From Lytechinus pictus (taxonomy: Eukaryota): 64,000 nucleotides of DNA. The stretch covers positions 26,414,001 to 26,478,000 of the forward strand of contig NC_087250.1 of the NCBI RefSeq assembly GCF_037042905.1. The letters are read 5' to 3'. Position 1 is the stretch's first letter, and each line of letters opens with the position of its first letter. Below the pieces are notes generated by a model that saw nothing but the letters and a program-made list of their open reading frames with translations, ran no database searches and was not told the DNA's origin. Shown here one piece after another: positions 51,800 to 62,970 of this stretch. The translations under genes and the position numbers were made by a program.

Positions 51800-54700
51800 C
51801 TCTCTTCCTAGCTCCATTTCTTTCTTTTCCCTTCTCTTCCTAGCTCCATTTCTTTCTTTTCCCTTCTCTTCCATTTTATCCCTTCTACTTAGCCTTTTAT
51901 CTATCTATATCTATCTCTTCTTTCTATGCCTCTTTTTAACTTTTCTATATGACGCATTGCTAAGAATTCATATTTTAAGACTGTTTTACGTGCTTTTGTC
52001 TTGCCCTTGGTTACAGGATCCATTTCACAGGCCTCTGTAGCTGTACATTAGGTTCATTTACATGACTGGAGTTACGTTGTTTTGTAAATTCTCAAATTTT
52101 ATATAGGAAGTGCAATCAATTAATAACGTATCCATCTGTTGTACACTCGCAATCTCTCTTTATGACAATCTGTCTTTTTTTTACTATCTCAATTCACCTC
52201 GTTGCTTTTCTCCTTCCTCTCTCCCTTTTTCCCTTCATTTCTCTCTCTTTGATTTTCGCTCAATTTCCCTCTCTTTCTAATTCCTATTGTAATTCGCTCT
52301 GTCCTTTGCTTTGAGTAAACAACTTAAGATGATGAACCATATTATTTCATTATAACTTTTTTAATCAGGTTATCACGGGAAAGAAAAAAAACGAGTCTTG
52401 CCATTCAGATGTGAATTCTTAATTAATCTGTACGATTTTTTTTTTTTTTTTTTTTTTTTTACAACATTTTACAACAAATGCATGTACTATCAGTATCAAT
52501 TTATTATCTAATTTAATTTATATCGTGATATAAGTGTATTTAAGATGTAGAATTTGTGTAAATTCAGTTGTTCTTTGTTTGATATTGATTGTATTTTTTA
52601 TGTAAATGATTGTAAAGGGTAATGCAATTCGGCTTTTCGGCCGCTATAGACACCCTTGTTGAATTAAACCGTTTTAGATAAAAAAATAAAAAATAAAAAA
52701 TAAACTGTTTTCACCGGTTTCCCACAGAAGCTATCGCATGGTTAACAAAAGGCTTAATGCATGGCTGATCGTAAACAAAACTGAGTGTCGAGTGAGTTTG
52801 CACGCTAGCCTGTAAAACCTCTTCATTTTATGAAATTATTGAAATTCAAGCCTTATTTCAAATAACCAGAACTTTGTTATTTCTTGACCATTTTCTGTAA
52901 TTGAGGTATCAAATTAAAGAGCAGATATTGAACTTTTTTAAAATGTGGTTTTTCTTTTGAAAGCTAGATACAACCCGCCAAATGACTTTTTTGGTATCCC
53001 CTCTTCAAATTGTTTTTGCTCACTCATGTGTGAAGGAGAAATAATCTAATATTAGATGAAAGAGGAGATTCTAAGCTTTACATTGGTAGGTCATTTGTCT
53101 ATTTTATTTGTGATTAAGTTATGATAAATCATCGCTAAATCTCGGTTTCGTTTTTTCTGGGACGCACTGTATAGAGAAAGAGAGAGAACAATGGAATGCC
53201 TAGCTTAAATCAAGTTTCCCCAGAGCTATCTGCCCTTTTTTGGAAAAAAAATGGTAATGCCGAAAACATGTCTCTGCCGGGAATCGAACCCAGGCCCCCA
53301 GCTTTGAACACCGGTGCCTTAACCACTAGACCACAGAGACGGGTTAGTGGCGGTGCCGGGTAAAAATGGCAGAGGCAAAAATGGCAGAGGTAAAAATGGC
53401 AGAGGTAATAATGGCAGAGGTAAAAATGGAAGAGGTAAAAATGGCAGAGGTCATAATGGCAGAAGTAAAAATGACAGAGGTAAAAATGGCAGAGGTAATA
53501 ATGGCAGAGGCAAAAATGGCAGAGGTAAAAATGACAGAGGTAAAAATGGCAGATGTAATAATGGCAAAAGTAAAAATGACAGAGGTAAAAATGGCAGAGG
53601 TAATAATGGCAGAGGCAAAAATGGCAGAGGTAAAAATTACAGAGGTAAAAATGGCAGAGGTAATAATGGCAGAGGTAATAATGGCAGAGGTAATAATGGC
53701 AGAGGTAAACATGGCAGAGGTAATAATGGCAAAAGTAAAAATGGCAGAGGTAATAATGGCAGAGGCAAAAATGACAGAGGTAAAGATCATGACATGCTAG
53801 ATCAGCAAGGAAAAGATATAGCCTTTCATATTAATATCAGTAATAATTATTGACCTTGAATGGACTCCTATCGACAAAATGAGTATTATGAACTGATAAG
53901 ATATTATTTGGATTTTTTCATCATTTCAGGTCGATACTTTATTGTTGATATTACTAAACTTAAACACTTTCATGCCAAAATGATTTCAATTAGTGAGTGA
54001 TGAAAGGATTTATCTTTGCCAGTTCGTATAGTAGAACAGCACTTCATCACATACATATACCAAACGAACTGTAATGTAAACACCAATGTGCACTACCATT
54101 TAAGGCGACCGCACACCTTACGATTGGTCTGTGACCCGATTTCAGAAAAAAATGTAGTAGAATTCGATGCTAATATTGAGACTTGGAATATCTTACTGTG
54201 TAATGTTCTAAATCATACCTTTTTTCAAATCTGTAATTATGCTATCATTCTTCTTAGAATAAAATCGAATTAAATATCGTAATGACGTCACAGCAGTCGT
54301 ACGATTGGGCTACGATTTGAAACTAATTTGGCATTACTCCAAAATAAAGGCTTGCTATCTTTCAAAATGGTTATATTAGTATTCTTTCAATTAATTTTAA
54401 CCTCAAATAAAATGATATGTTCCATTTACATTTTCAGAAAATGAGCAAAATGCGATTTGTTCCAAAATCGGATCGCGAACAGTCGTAAAGTGTGCGGTGA
54501 CCTTAACACATTGAAATAGACGATTTCGGGATTTTTTGAACCACTTACATAACTTGGATAACACAAAAATAACAAAACGTTCTGCAATAAAAGTAATTTT
54601 TCATATTTCAACATCATGATATGGATCCGAATAGATATTGATATGATACGTATATAGTTAAATGTAAATTATATGATAGCAACTAGTGTTCATTTTTTCA

Positions 54701-56937
54701 GAGTAATACCTCATTGCAGCTAGTCCAAGTGGATATCAGGTTCTTTATTATGGTAACGGGTACCGCATGAATTTTGAAATGTGTAGCGAATCAGGGATTT
54801 TAATTCATAGGTGTTTCTTAGGTATCATTCTATCGACCAGTTTTGTAGGAGAAATTCACCCTGACGACTGGTTTACTGTAAAAATAGCAATGAAAGTATA
54901 TTGGTGAAGGTTTGCAGAAAACCCATCAAAGATTAAGAAAGTTATTAGAAGTTTGAGTTTTTGATCTGTGACATCATATACTAGTAAATACCTCGTATTT
55001 TATGCACCAAAATTTCTACTTTTCATTTGTTTTAATCAGTGGTTCATGATGGCTAAGAAAAAATCTTTCAGGAGCGGATGTGAAATTGTTTGTATGTTAA
55101 TATACTTAAGGTACAATTAAAATCATTTGCATTTTTTTAAAATGACATTTCATTGACATTTTGTTATTACACTATATATGGAGAAAGCTGCTCGCAAATT
55201 AAGTCCCCAAAATTTGAGTAGCTTTTTAAATCTTTGATGGATTCCCTAAAATCCTCACCAAAATCATTTAAATAAACCTTATGTCAATTTCCCCTGTAAT
55301 GAATTAAGTACAATATTTGGGATCCAAAGTGTTCTTCAAATTTTAATATTAGAAGAGCGATTTGACATGAGAAGGTCGTGCATGTAAGTCCAGGAAAAAA
55401 TACCAAGTCAAGTGTTATTATTTCTACCTCTGCCATTTTTACCACTGCTATTTTTACCTTTGCCATTCTTACCTCTGCCATTTTTACCTTTGCCATTTTT
55501 ACACCGAGCCTTAGTGGCTAGGGCGACCCCGATCCAACTGACCGACAGATAAACAGATTTTCGACACTATACCAATTATAGCTTCCTTTGTCGGATCACT
55601 CGGATGTAGGTGGATTTTGAACAATGACAAGCCGCCATTATTATCTTCATCCATTCCTTTCACAAAATATTTAAATAAAAGAGTTGCCAACGCTGTTGTA
55701 TATGTATAATTTCACACACACATATATATATATATATATGAGTGGGAATCATTCTTTAAAGCGAAATACCGATCTCTGTAATATAATACATTTGGGGCGC
55801 CATAGTCTAGTTGTTATGATTTTCGTTTTTTAATCAGAGGGACGTGGTACGAATCCCAGCCATGGCGTGTTTTCCTTCAGCAAGAAATTCATCCACACTG
55901 TGCTGCACTCAACCCAGGTGTGGTGAATTAGTACCCGGCAGGATTAATTCCTTTAATGCATGCTAGAGCTAAACCCGGGGTAATAATAAGAAAAGAGATT
56001 AAAATCCATTTTAATGTAACATGTAACATGTGTTTGACCTTCACCTTTTCACACAAATTTCTCATTTCCCTCTTTTTCAAGAGTATTCAACACATTCTTT
56101 TCATGAGAAAAGTTCAGTTTTCATCATGATGATCATATTGATCTCAATAAACATGGTAATTGTATTGGTAAGCATGCAAATCAGAGACATATCACCTAAT
56201 TCGTCCTCATGACGAATGAAAATTATAGTTATTATGTATCTTTTTTGCAACACTCCGCAAACTGCTCTTATTTATTTGTGAAATACTCCTGGATGCTTAC
56301 CACTGATGTATAAAATATACACACTATTCCAGTCGAAAGGATACATGTCCACATATCAAATCCAGTAACTATGGCAACCAAATGATAGAATAAAATAAAA
56401 GGAAAATTAATGGAAGTAACACGTTGGATTTTTTTTCTATTTTTTGAGGGGGGGGTAATGATTATTTGCTAGCTATTTTGCCCCTTTTTACATTGAAACT
56501 AAAATATTTTATGGGGATAATTATTCATTTAGCTAGATGATTGGCAACATAATCGCCATCCAAATACATGCATTGTTAATAGGGGTCTTAATCACACGAT
56601 TATACTACAAACAATAATGCATTATGGGTAAGGCTCTTGGCAAGTTTTCAGGAGTTGATTGTTGTTTATTTTGAGTAGTTACATATACAAGGCAGTCAGT
56701 TAAAATTTGCTTTAAATTGAGAGGTGTGCAGTTTAAAACATAAGCACACCAAGAAAATGAAGAAGACATACCTGCATTCAACGCTATCGCAGGCGTGTAG
56801 ACCACAGATCCCAAATAGAACAGCTGTACCGTGACAAGTATGGTAAGGCGAAAATCAAAATGAGCGTATGATTACATAATAGTATCTTACGAACAAAATG
56901 AAATATATAGAGGGAAATGGAAAAAGAATAACTCTTT

Positions 56938-56993
<56 letters not shown>

Positions 56994-59424
56994 ATAATAA
57001 TGATAATATCAAAGATAATTATAATATAAATAAGGATAATGATAACAAAAATAATGATAGTAATGATAAAACAATAATAATTACAGTATAAACAATAATA
57101 ATTATAATAGTAATAATAATGAAAATAATAATACTGACAGTAATATTAACAATGGTGATGATAATAGTGGCAAATTGTTGAGCGCACACTGTGGCAGAGG
57201 AGTTCCGACACTAGCAAACACAACAAAAATTTATACCCATTTTTTTGTTTTCAACAGCTGATTTTCCAAACTTTAGTTTCATCCCCCTATAAAGATGGGT
57301 CTCCCCTCACCATACTACTTTAGATACACCTCGGCATGATGTGCACCTCTCCATGCTCAAACAAGCCTACGCCCTTGAACCCAGGAACGATGTTCTCTCG
57401 TTCACATACCTTCCGAAAACAATTAATGTGTAAAACATAAATATGTTACACTTTGTCAACAAACCCAAGCGAAAGGCGAACTAAGACAAAAAAAAATGAT
57501 AATAAAAAATAGCATAGTAGCATTTGTTACCCTATACTGCACTTTCCACATGACATTGTTTAAAGGCATGAACCTTGTATTAATGTCGTTATTGCTATCC
57601 CAATTATTGACCCATAATCATTGTTTCTATATGCTTTACGTTCGATGATGTTGTAAATATTCATTGTAGCCTAAATTGTAAAGATTGATTGTAAATATCA
57701 TGTGTACTCTCATACCCCTAGAGCTGGTCGATATAGAAAATAAAATCGTACGTTATCTTATCTCATAAGCGAGCGTTAGACATGGAACAATGTCATATAA
57801 TTTTCTAAAATCCAATAATTTGGCTTGTAACGTTTACTCGCGTCACGACGCGCTGCCACGTTCGATTACCTTCATAAAAACGCGTCGTCTATTGCACAGG
57901 AGGAAGGGTCTACACTTTGATATTTTGCACGCCGGTTAATCACGAAATATATAGCTTGTTGGTAAAAGACTATCACGACGCCACTCACCAAAATACACCC
58001 GAAGAAAGCTCGCAATGTATTTTGGCAACCAAACATGCAACTTTGGCCTATGTCATCATCCTTTAAATAAACTTTCATAATTTTATTCTTATTTCACATA
58101 CTGGTAACCTATGAAGCAGTTCAATCTCAGATCATAATGAGCCTTGCATGTGTTGGTAACTGTTTATGGTTTACAGAATCGAATCCGAAAAGAACCTGTG
58201 CAGGGCGGTCGGTCGGATACAGCGCCGAGGGTGTTGGACTGTTCTCAATGACACTAAACTTGTATTGTGCTAACGCAACGTGATGTTTACGTGAGGATGA
58301 TGCATATCCTAACGCTTCGTAGATTAGAGGGATTTTAAAAAACAAATTTACGCAGCGAGCTGCGGCGTGATTACGTGGGTAAACGTTGAAAGCCTAACGT
58401 GTGAGGCTTGGGACGTGCGAACAATCTTCGCCGGGCTGATGCTATACCGTCTGTGCTACTCTACTGCCAATCAAGGTTAACTAAACTTTTATGAAGTGTA
58501 CACATACCGTAAAAGATGAAAAAGCTATGTTTGTTATCAGTCGTAAGGCTTTGTTGAAACGCATTTCAAAAAACTGTGAGAAAGAAAGATATTAACATGA
58601 ATAATTGTTTCTTTTACTACCTTTATTTTCTGAGGGAAATATAAAATAAACGTACAACCATAACACTGCATTTGTCTTGTCAATTAAGACAATTTAGATT
58701 GAGAAGAACCTAAATTAAAACCATTTACAAAAAAAGTATTTGAAAATACAAGTTTCTTAATTGTTAGCGCTCTATGAATAGGGACTGACGATAAAGTATT
58801 TTTCTCCTCTCATTTTCGTCTTTGTATCGGTATTATTTTCATTTTTTTTTTTTGGGGGGGGGTGGGTTCTTCACTTTCTTCTTCTTCGTCGTCGTTATCA
58901 TCTTCTTCTTCTCCTCCTTTTTCATCATCTTTTTTTTTTCTTCTTCTTCTCCTCCTCCTCCTTTTTCTTCTTTCAATCTCCCCCCCCCCCTCCTCTCCGT
59001 CACTATACAATTTCAACACCATAAGAAAGATAACAATTTATCGATCGTGTCGATGGTTGCTCACCTCATAAATACTAATGACGTTTATTCTAAGGAAAGT
59101 GGGTAGGAAAAGGCGACAAAACAAGACATCTCCTAGGGCTCCTGTCACCATTATCCAGGAAAACATAGTCCCATATACGTAGATCTCACCAGGCATTGAT
59201 ATTACACTTATTGCAGATATATAGCTCACCGCCAGGGACATCGCAACAGGGAAAATACCCATTTTTCGATTACCCACTAGGAATTCGTCGGCCGTCTTTT
59301 GCTTGCCGCCGGAGCAAGCGGAGTACACACCGATAGACGCGGACACAAGAAGCATCGCACCGAAGACGACGTAGTCCCACACACTGAAATAGCGGGGGCC
59401 TGAATCGAGTCCTTGTTGGTCCAT
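30096..59424 (-). CDS. SLC5A8-like: SLC5/SSS sodium:solute symporter (SMCT/NIS/SMVT-like), copy B, complete 15-exon CDS, 634 aa
   Basis: Exons: 59065-59424, 58508-58573, 56772-56823, 56301-56368, 50181-50335, 49221-49352, 48272-48401, 47912-48000, 47250-47362, 37920-37990, 35969-36055, 33962-34173, 33276-33376, 32566-32693, 30096-30236. All introns GT..AG with compatible phases; total 1905 nt ending in TAG. Family motifs: DYVVFGAML, EFLVGNRKM, GGLKAVVWTD, NQxxVQR, CDP, PGLPGVF, SLSTLSSGVNA. Exact orthologue not determinable. Confidence 0.93.
30709..30904. mobile_element. 196-bp near-perfect palindromic MITE, TA TSD
   Basis: TA|CACTCTTAAAAATGTTGGGC...GCCCAACATTTTTAAGAGTG|TA; absent from the related element at ~54378. 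Confidence 0.85.
30960..32345 (+). mobile_element. 5'-truncated LINE (CR1/L2 group) in copy B intron 14
   Basis: ORF 31027-31776 with NKLIFNVDKTK, KCLGVIID, YCCNVW, GATKWNNLP; (TAAA)n tail. Confidence 0.85.
32566..32693 (-). CDS. Copy B coding exon 14 (GFQDPELID...FCCFP...RCGID...)
   Basis: 128 nt in frame; weak AAG acceptor, gtatga donor. Confidence 0.8.
33276..33376 (-). CDS. Copy B coding exon 13 (PAITNLYHISFLYYG...VSYLT)
   Basis: 101 nt, last TM helix. Confidence 0.9.
33702..33861. mobile_element. Short Tc1/pogo-like MITE
   Basis: TA|CAGT...ACTG|TA with GACCAC/GTGGTC subrepeats. Confidence 0.55.
33962..34173 (-). CDS. Copy B coding exon 12 (GAVAGFVASF...LPLSIEGC...)
   Basis: 212 nt, cag acceptor and gtaagt donor, LPLSxxGC motif. 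Confidence 0.88.
35969..36055 (-). CDS. Copy B coding exon 11 (FTVSVVGVISGGFLGVFILAVFVHRCNSK)
   Basis: 87 nt, LGVF..NSK motif. Confidence 0.88.
36340..36505. mobile_element. Short Harbinger-like MITE
   Basis: CAGGGGAGTGTTTCAT ... TAAACAGTCCCCTG. Confidence 0.55.
37920..37990 (-). CDS. Copy B coding exon 10 (ALVYGMLAIGFSFCISFMQSGILQ)
   Basis: 71 nt, AG/GT flanks, TM segment. Confidence 0.88.
38295..39287 (-). mobile_element. Degenerate non-LTR RT fragment
   Basis: Minus strand reads GCLAYADDITLMSPT...HLGH...FWKSFN; broken frames follow. Confidence 0.8.
40025..41118. mobile_element. Same Tc1-type MITE, copy-B specific, with nested hAT-like MITE 40535-40797 (TSD ATTGTTTC)
   Basis: TIRs and TA TSD; empty site in copy A at ~328; 8-bp TSD at 40527-40534 and 40798-40805. 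Confidence 0.88.
41532..42130. mobile_element. Second copy of the TTAA-flanked MITE family
   Basis: Same TIRs, TTAA on both sides, internal similarity to 8044-8629. Confidence 0.85.
43571..47160 (+). mobile_element. Degenerate LINE (CR1/L2 group, Crack/Daphne-like) ORF2: AP endonuclease plus RT, frameshifted
   Basis: APE motifs NIRSL, GLCETW, GGGVGLY, MGDFN, SDHFP; RT motifs NYRPISLL, LDFSKAFDT, PQGSLLGPLLFLIYIND, FADD; AATAAA then (AACTG)-type tail. Part of a copy-B-specific insertion ~41455-47160. Confidence 0.93.
47250..47362 (-). CDS. Copy B coding exon 9
   Basis: 113 nt, STLSSGVNA. Confidence 0.9.
47912..48000 (-). CDS. Copy B coding exon 8
   Basis: 89 nt, IMPLLVMELFAEIPGLPG. Confidence 0.9.
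48272..48401 (-). CDS. Copy B coding exon 7
   Basis: 130 nt, CDP motif. Confidence 0.9.
49221..49352 (-). CDS. Copy B coding exon 6 (...GGTINGARPNQIEVQR...)
   Basis: 132 nt, AG/GT flanks. Confidence 0.9.
50181..50335 (-). CDS. Copy B coding exon 5
   Basis: 155 nt, GGLKAVVWTD. Confidence 0.92.
50354..53169. mobile_element. Same Tc1-type MITE, copy-B specific, interrupted by a LINE 3' fragment
   Basis: CAGTGCGTCCCAG TIRs with TA flanks. Confidence 0.85.
50700..52704 (+). mobile_element. 5'-truncated non-LTR retrotransposon (CR1/L2 group), RT C-terminus and 3' UTR
   Basis: ORF 50676-51401 with KLLGV, LKWSSHV, YIRPVLEYCAPVW, IERIQKRA; A-rich repeated tail ~52678-52704. Confidence 0.85.
53269..53340 (-). 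tRNA. tRNA-like cloverleaf (Glu-like body, loop GTTCAAA, nominal anticodon TCA), probably pseudo-tRNA inside a MITE
   Basis: 72 nt: GTCTCTG/CAGAGAC acceptor, GTCT/AGGC D stem, CCGGT/GCTGG anticodon stem, CTGGG/CCCGG T stem with TTCGATT loop. The copy A version is split at 4121/7837. Confidence 0.5.
53352..55510. mobile_element. 2.2-kb foldback element with 15-bp tandem-repeat TIRs and 8-bp TSD (TU-like architecture), copy-B specific
   Basis: Unit TAAAAATGGCAGAGG, ~29 copies left and ~6 inverted copies right; TSD TTAGTGGC at 53344-53351 and 55511-55518; empty site in copy A at 7888-7895. Confidence 0.9.
54103..54503. mobile_element. MITE (AGGCGACCGCACAC TIR); truncated second copy at ~30420-30960
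   Basis: Terminal inverted repeat and two dispersed copies. Confidence 0.75.
56301..56368 (-). CDS. Copy B coding exon 4
   Basis: 68 nt, VTGFDMW... Confidence 0.9.
56772..56823 (-). CDS. Copy B coding exon 3
   Basis: 52 nt, AG/GT flanks. Confidence 0.9.
58508..58573 (-). CDS. Copy B coding exon 2
   Basis: 66 nt, matches copy A exon 2. Confidence 0.9.
59065..59424 (-). CDS. Copy B coding exon 1
   Basis: 360 nt, ATG at 59424, GTGAG donor. Confidence 0.93.
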
Positions 59425-60039
59425 GATGATGACTGTGGATGTAATGATTAAAATGAGCTATGGGAATGTTTCTTTAAACAAAATTAATTATAATACTATA
59501 AATTGCATGTCAGAATAAATGTCGAAATAAATTTTCAGTGTCTTACCCTCCTTTTGATGACTGAGAGAAAAGGGGAAATATATGGTTTGAAAAGTGTGCC
59601 CAAAATGCGTGTAAAACGGGCCTTATATTCTTGTTTCGCATTCATGACCCAAATATCAAAAGCCATAGGTATGAACTTAAAGAATTAATATAAGTCAAGT
59701 GTTATAAAGGTTATGCCGTTCCATTGCGTTTCTGGTATACTTTCGACCATATCTTGACTTGATTTTGGTACAACTATACAATGCATAGCTTCCATCATGT
59801 CCATTGGCATGATTGGGTTATATTTACTTTAGAGTGCTTTATTATTTTTTTGATATAAAAAAATGTGTGAAAAAACTACAACAATTCTGTTAAAAATCAC
59901 GCATTGAAAAGAAATCAAATTGTGCCATAATCACATAACATAATGAGTTACATCGGAGACAGTGCAGTATGATTAAGTCAATATTTTAGCCAAGATCCCC
60001 CAAACCTTGCCATGTGTAGTATTATGCTTTTTTCCCTTC

Positions 60040-61508
60040 AAGAGTACCTAATGACATTTGTGCAAATAAAAGCACCTGGATACTACTGGCTGGTAAAAAA
60101 AACACACACAAATAGAGAGAAAAATATGAATTTTAGAGTACTTGTAACATGCTCGTGACTAATTAAGGCAATGACTTTCAAAAATGTGCAATTGATCTGA
60201 TCAACAACAGTCAGTAATTCCAACATCCACAATGCATTATTTGTTCAAAATATTATCTAGATGTGCAGAATGTGTTGAAATCTTTAGCATGTCTAGCGCA
60301 TTTGTGAAAAAATAGTGTGCTTTTTTCTGTTTACAAAGGAAACTGTGTAAATTTTCTGTACAAAACTGATGACATTTTGCATATATTTGAGGTTGAGTGG
60401 ATCAATCGTTACTCTTTGTAAGACAGGGCGTGGATTTAACTAATTGTAGAGACGTCTCCACGACACCTCCTCAGTCTGGTATCTCTGAGGAGTGGCAAGT
60501 TAATAAAATATATTTCGATTTTAATGACTTTTTGAAATATACACTTGGAAAAGCCCTTGGAAATAAAAAAATAAACAACATGTGAGTAATTTCTTCACAT
60601 ATAATCTTGGGTTTTATAGGTGTCATCTATCTAATGAAAGTAAAAGTTTTGACAGAATGTTACACTTGAATGAGCACTGTCCATTTTTGCAAAGCTCGCA
60701 TTAATATGTTTCTGCAGAAATTATCGTTTTCATGCTGGGTCAAGGGGAAAAGGCGAAATCAAACTTACCCTGCGAAACATTTCTCATACATTTTCCTTGC
60801 ACTTTGAGTCAATTAAAGTAAAACGGATACATGCAAGTATTTTGTAACAATTTTGCCACCAAAATTAAAATTTTGAACACCTAGTAAGCACATCCTTAAC
60901 ACTTGTTGTGCCAGCTGGATCTGAGGACATAACTGAATCTGAACAAAAGTTTATATCAGATATCTCTTACATTTTCTTCACTAAGTTTTTATCATTTAAA
61001 GAGGGCTTACATTTCATTTTTCATTTAATACTTGTTTCTTCAAATTTGTCCCAATCTTGACAATAATTAACGAAATGAAAATCAAGCCTAAGCCAAATCA
61101 TGAAAATCACAGCTCAGTGTAAAGCAAATATCATCATGATGGCCTCGGTGTGTGGGGGAGTGGGGTGGGGCGCAATGGCACTATTCGAAGTGTTTTGGGC
61201 AAGGAAACAGGTTAAAAAATGTAAAAGATATCTTCAAATCAATTTCACTAGCTAAATTTCATGTGTTCCTCGTGATTAAGGTCTACTTTTATTCGCATTA
61301 CTATTTCAAAGCTCTGCGCAAATCATTTTCACTAACTTTTCAAAAAAAGTGGTGCTCACTCAAGCGGAAATATTTTTCGACAGTTATATCGTCATTTGCC
61401 TAAATGGATCTGTACCAATGTTAAAATGTCGAAAAATCTTCAGGATACTACAAATGTATAATTTTACAGGACTTTTTCTAAGAGTAAATCTTTTTTTTTA
61501 TACGCACT
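60040..61508. mobile_element. One-ended Tc1-like non-autonomous element
   Basis: Ends TTTTATACGCACTG|TA; block absent from copy A; left end not found. Confidence 0.45.
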
Positions 61509-61561
61509 GTATAACAGTAGAAAGGTGGCAATCCAACCTTTTTTTTTTAATTAGTACGCAG

Positions 61562-62314
61562 GGGCCCGTTTCTCATCACCGTCATAAGTCTAACTTTTTT
61601 ACTAAATCGGAGATAGTGAGCTACTTGTCCGCTAACCTTTTTACGAAGCCCTCTTTACCAAGATCGGGTACAACAACCTCACTAAATATCTATGACACAT
61701 CCGAGCCTGTCATAACTTCTTTCTTAATGACGTAGTGGCATCACGTGGGTAGACTATGACATGCAAAAGTGCCTAGAAATTTTAAAATTATAATCTTACG
61801 TAATCAATCATATTGATCCCCAGGACAGTACACACGAATGTGTACGGTCCTGGGGATTTGTATAAATAGACTACGTTATCAGATAATTTTCGACACTTGA
61901 TAAAGAGTTGCAGCGGCATTCGAAAGCTCGTGAACTTGTAAGCTAGTGAACAATTTTTGCGAGAGTGATCACGAATTTCCTAGAAAGGTAGTGAACACTT
62001 TTTGCGAGAGTGATCACGAGTTTCCTTGTTTACCATAGTAGATTGCGAGACAAATGATACCCGCTAGCGATTATTTCAATCCGCAATAATGAACATATTT
62101 AGTATTTGCAATTTTGTCATAATTTTTCTTTTTGAAAATTATGCTATTTTGTGACTAAGGCTACGTCTCGTATGCTCTTTTTACCGATAGTATCGATATC
62201 AAGGTATTCTAGTGAGGAAGCCTTTCGAAAAACAGGTTTAGTAAGATTGGAAATAACTCCGTGGTTGGTGGATAAAGATATGACTAACTTGTCCATGTGT
62301 CGAGAAACGGGCCC
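61562..62314. mobile_element. Harbinger-like MITE with CAG TSD, copy-B specific
   Basis: GGGCCCGTTTCTC/GAGAAACGGGCCC TIR; empty site ACGCAGGCCC at ~23019 in copy A. Confidence 0.85.
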
Positions 62315-62573
62315 CAGGCCCTTTCATAATTTAAATCTAATCTGAGGTGGGTGAATCACGGCTAAACATAATGAAACGCATTTCTAATTAAGTCTCTTGA
62401 CCTGGATATTACAAGCATACTGAAAAAAATTTTTTTTAAATAAATGAAGACCGAAGATGCATTTTTTTTTTCCAAAACATGAAAATTAAACATTCCCTCT
62501 CTGTTTTAAAAGCATGATTGAGACTACTGTGAAAGTAGAGGGGGGACTCAAGAAAAAAAGAAGGTAAGAAATC

Positions 62574-62713
<140 letters not shown>

Positions 62714-62834
62714 TACAGCGCATTAAATCACTCTGAAAACGAGAAGAAGATACACATCAACGCAAATCAAATCGAATTTTTTTACTCTCTTCAATCAGTG
62801 AATATAGATATTCTCACTTTAATGTTCTTCTTAC

Positions 62835-62970
62835 CTTATTGCGGCTATTCTTGTTCCTTGCAGAGAGAGGGGTGGATTTAATATGCATCCAAATCCACTG
62901 GGTCCTGGATTTTAAGGACTTTATTCATGTTGTTGTTATCATATACCACGTGACCGCTCACGTGATATGA
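62835..62970 (-). promoter_or_regulatory. Putative promoter and short 5' UTR exon of copy B
   Basis: AAG|GTAAG donor at 62835/62834, tandem CACGTG at 62947-62952 and 62959-62964. Confidence 0.5.

Noticed and set aside
51460..52040. Hydrophobic F/L/S-rich ORFs (also 21529-21837, 31909-32202, 58810-59106)
   Set aside because: Pyrimidine-rich low-complexity sequence.
53269..53340. Selenocysteine tRNA
   Set aside because: 72 nt with a 7/5 fold and 4-nt variable loop; lacks the Sec long variable arm and extended acceptor stem.
53344..53853. Repetitive ORFs (NGRGK)n, (MAEVK)n, (TSAIF)n
   Set aside because: Translations of the 15-bp TIR array, open in several frames on both strands and bounded by a TSD; not a gene.
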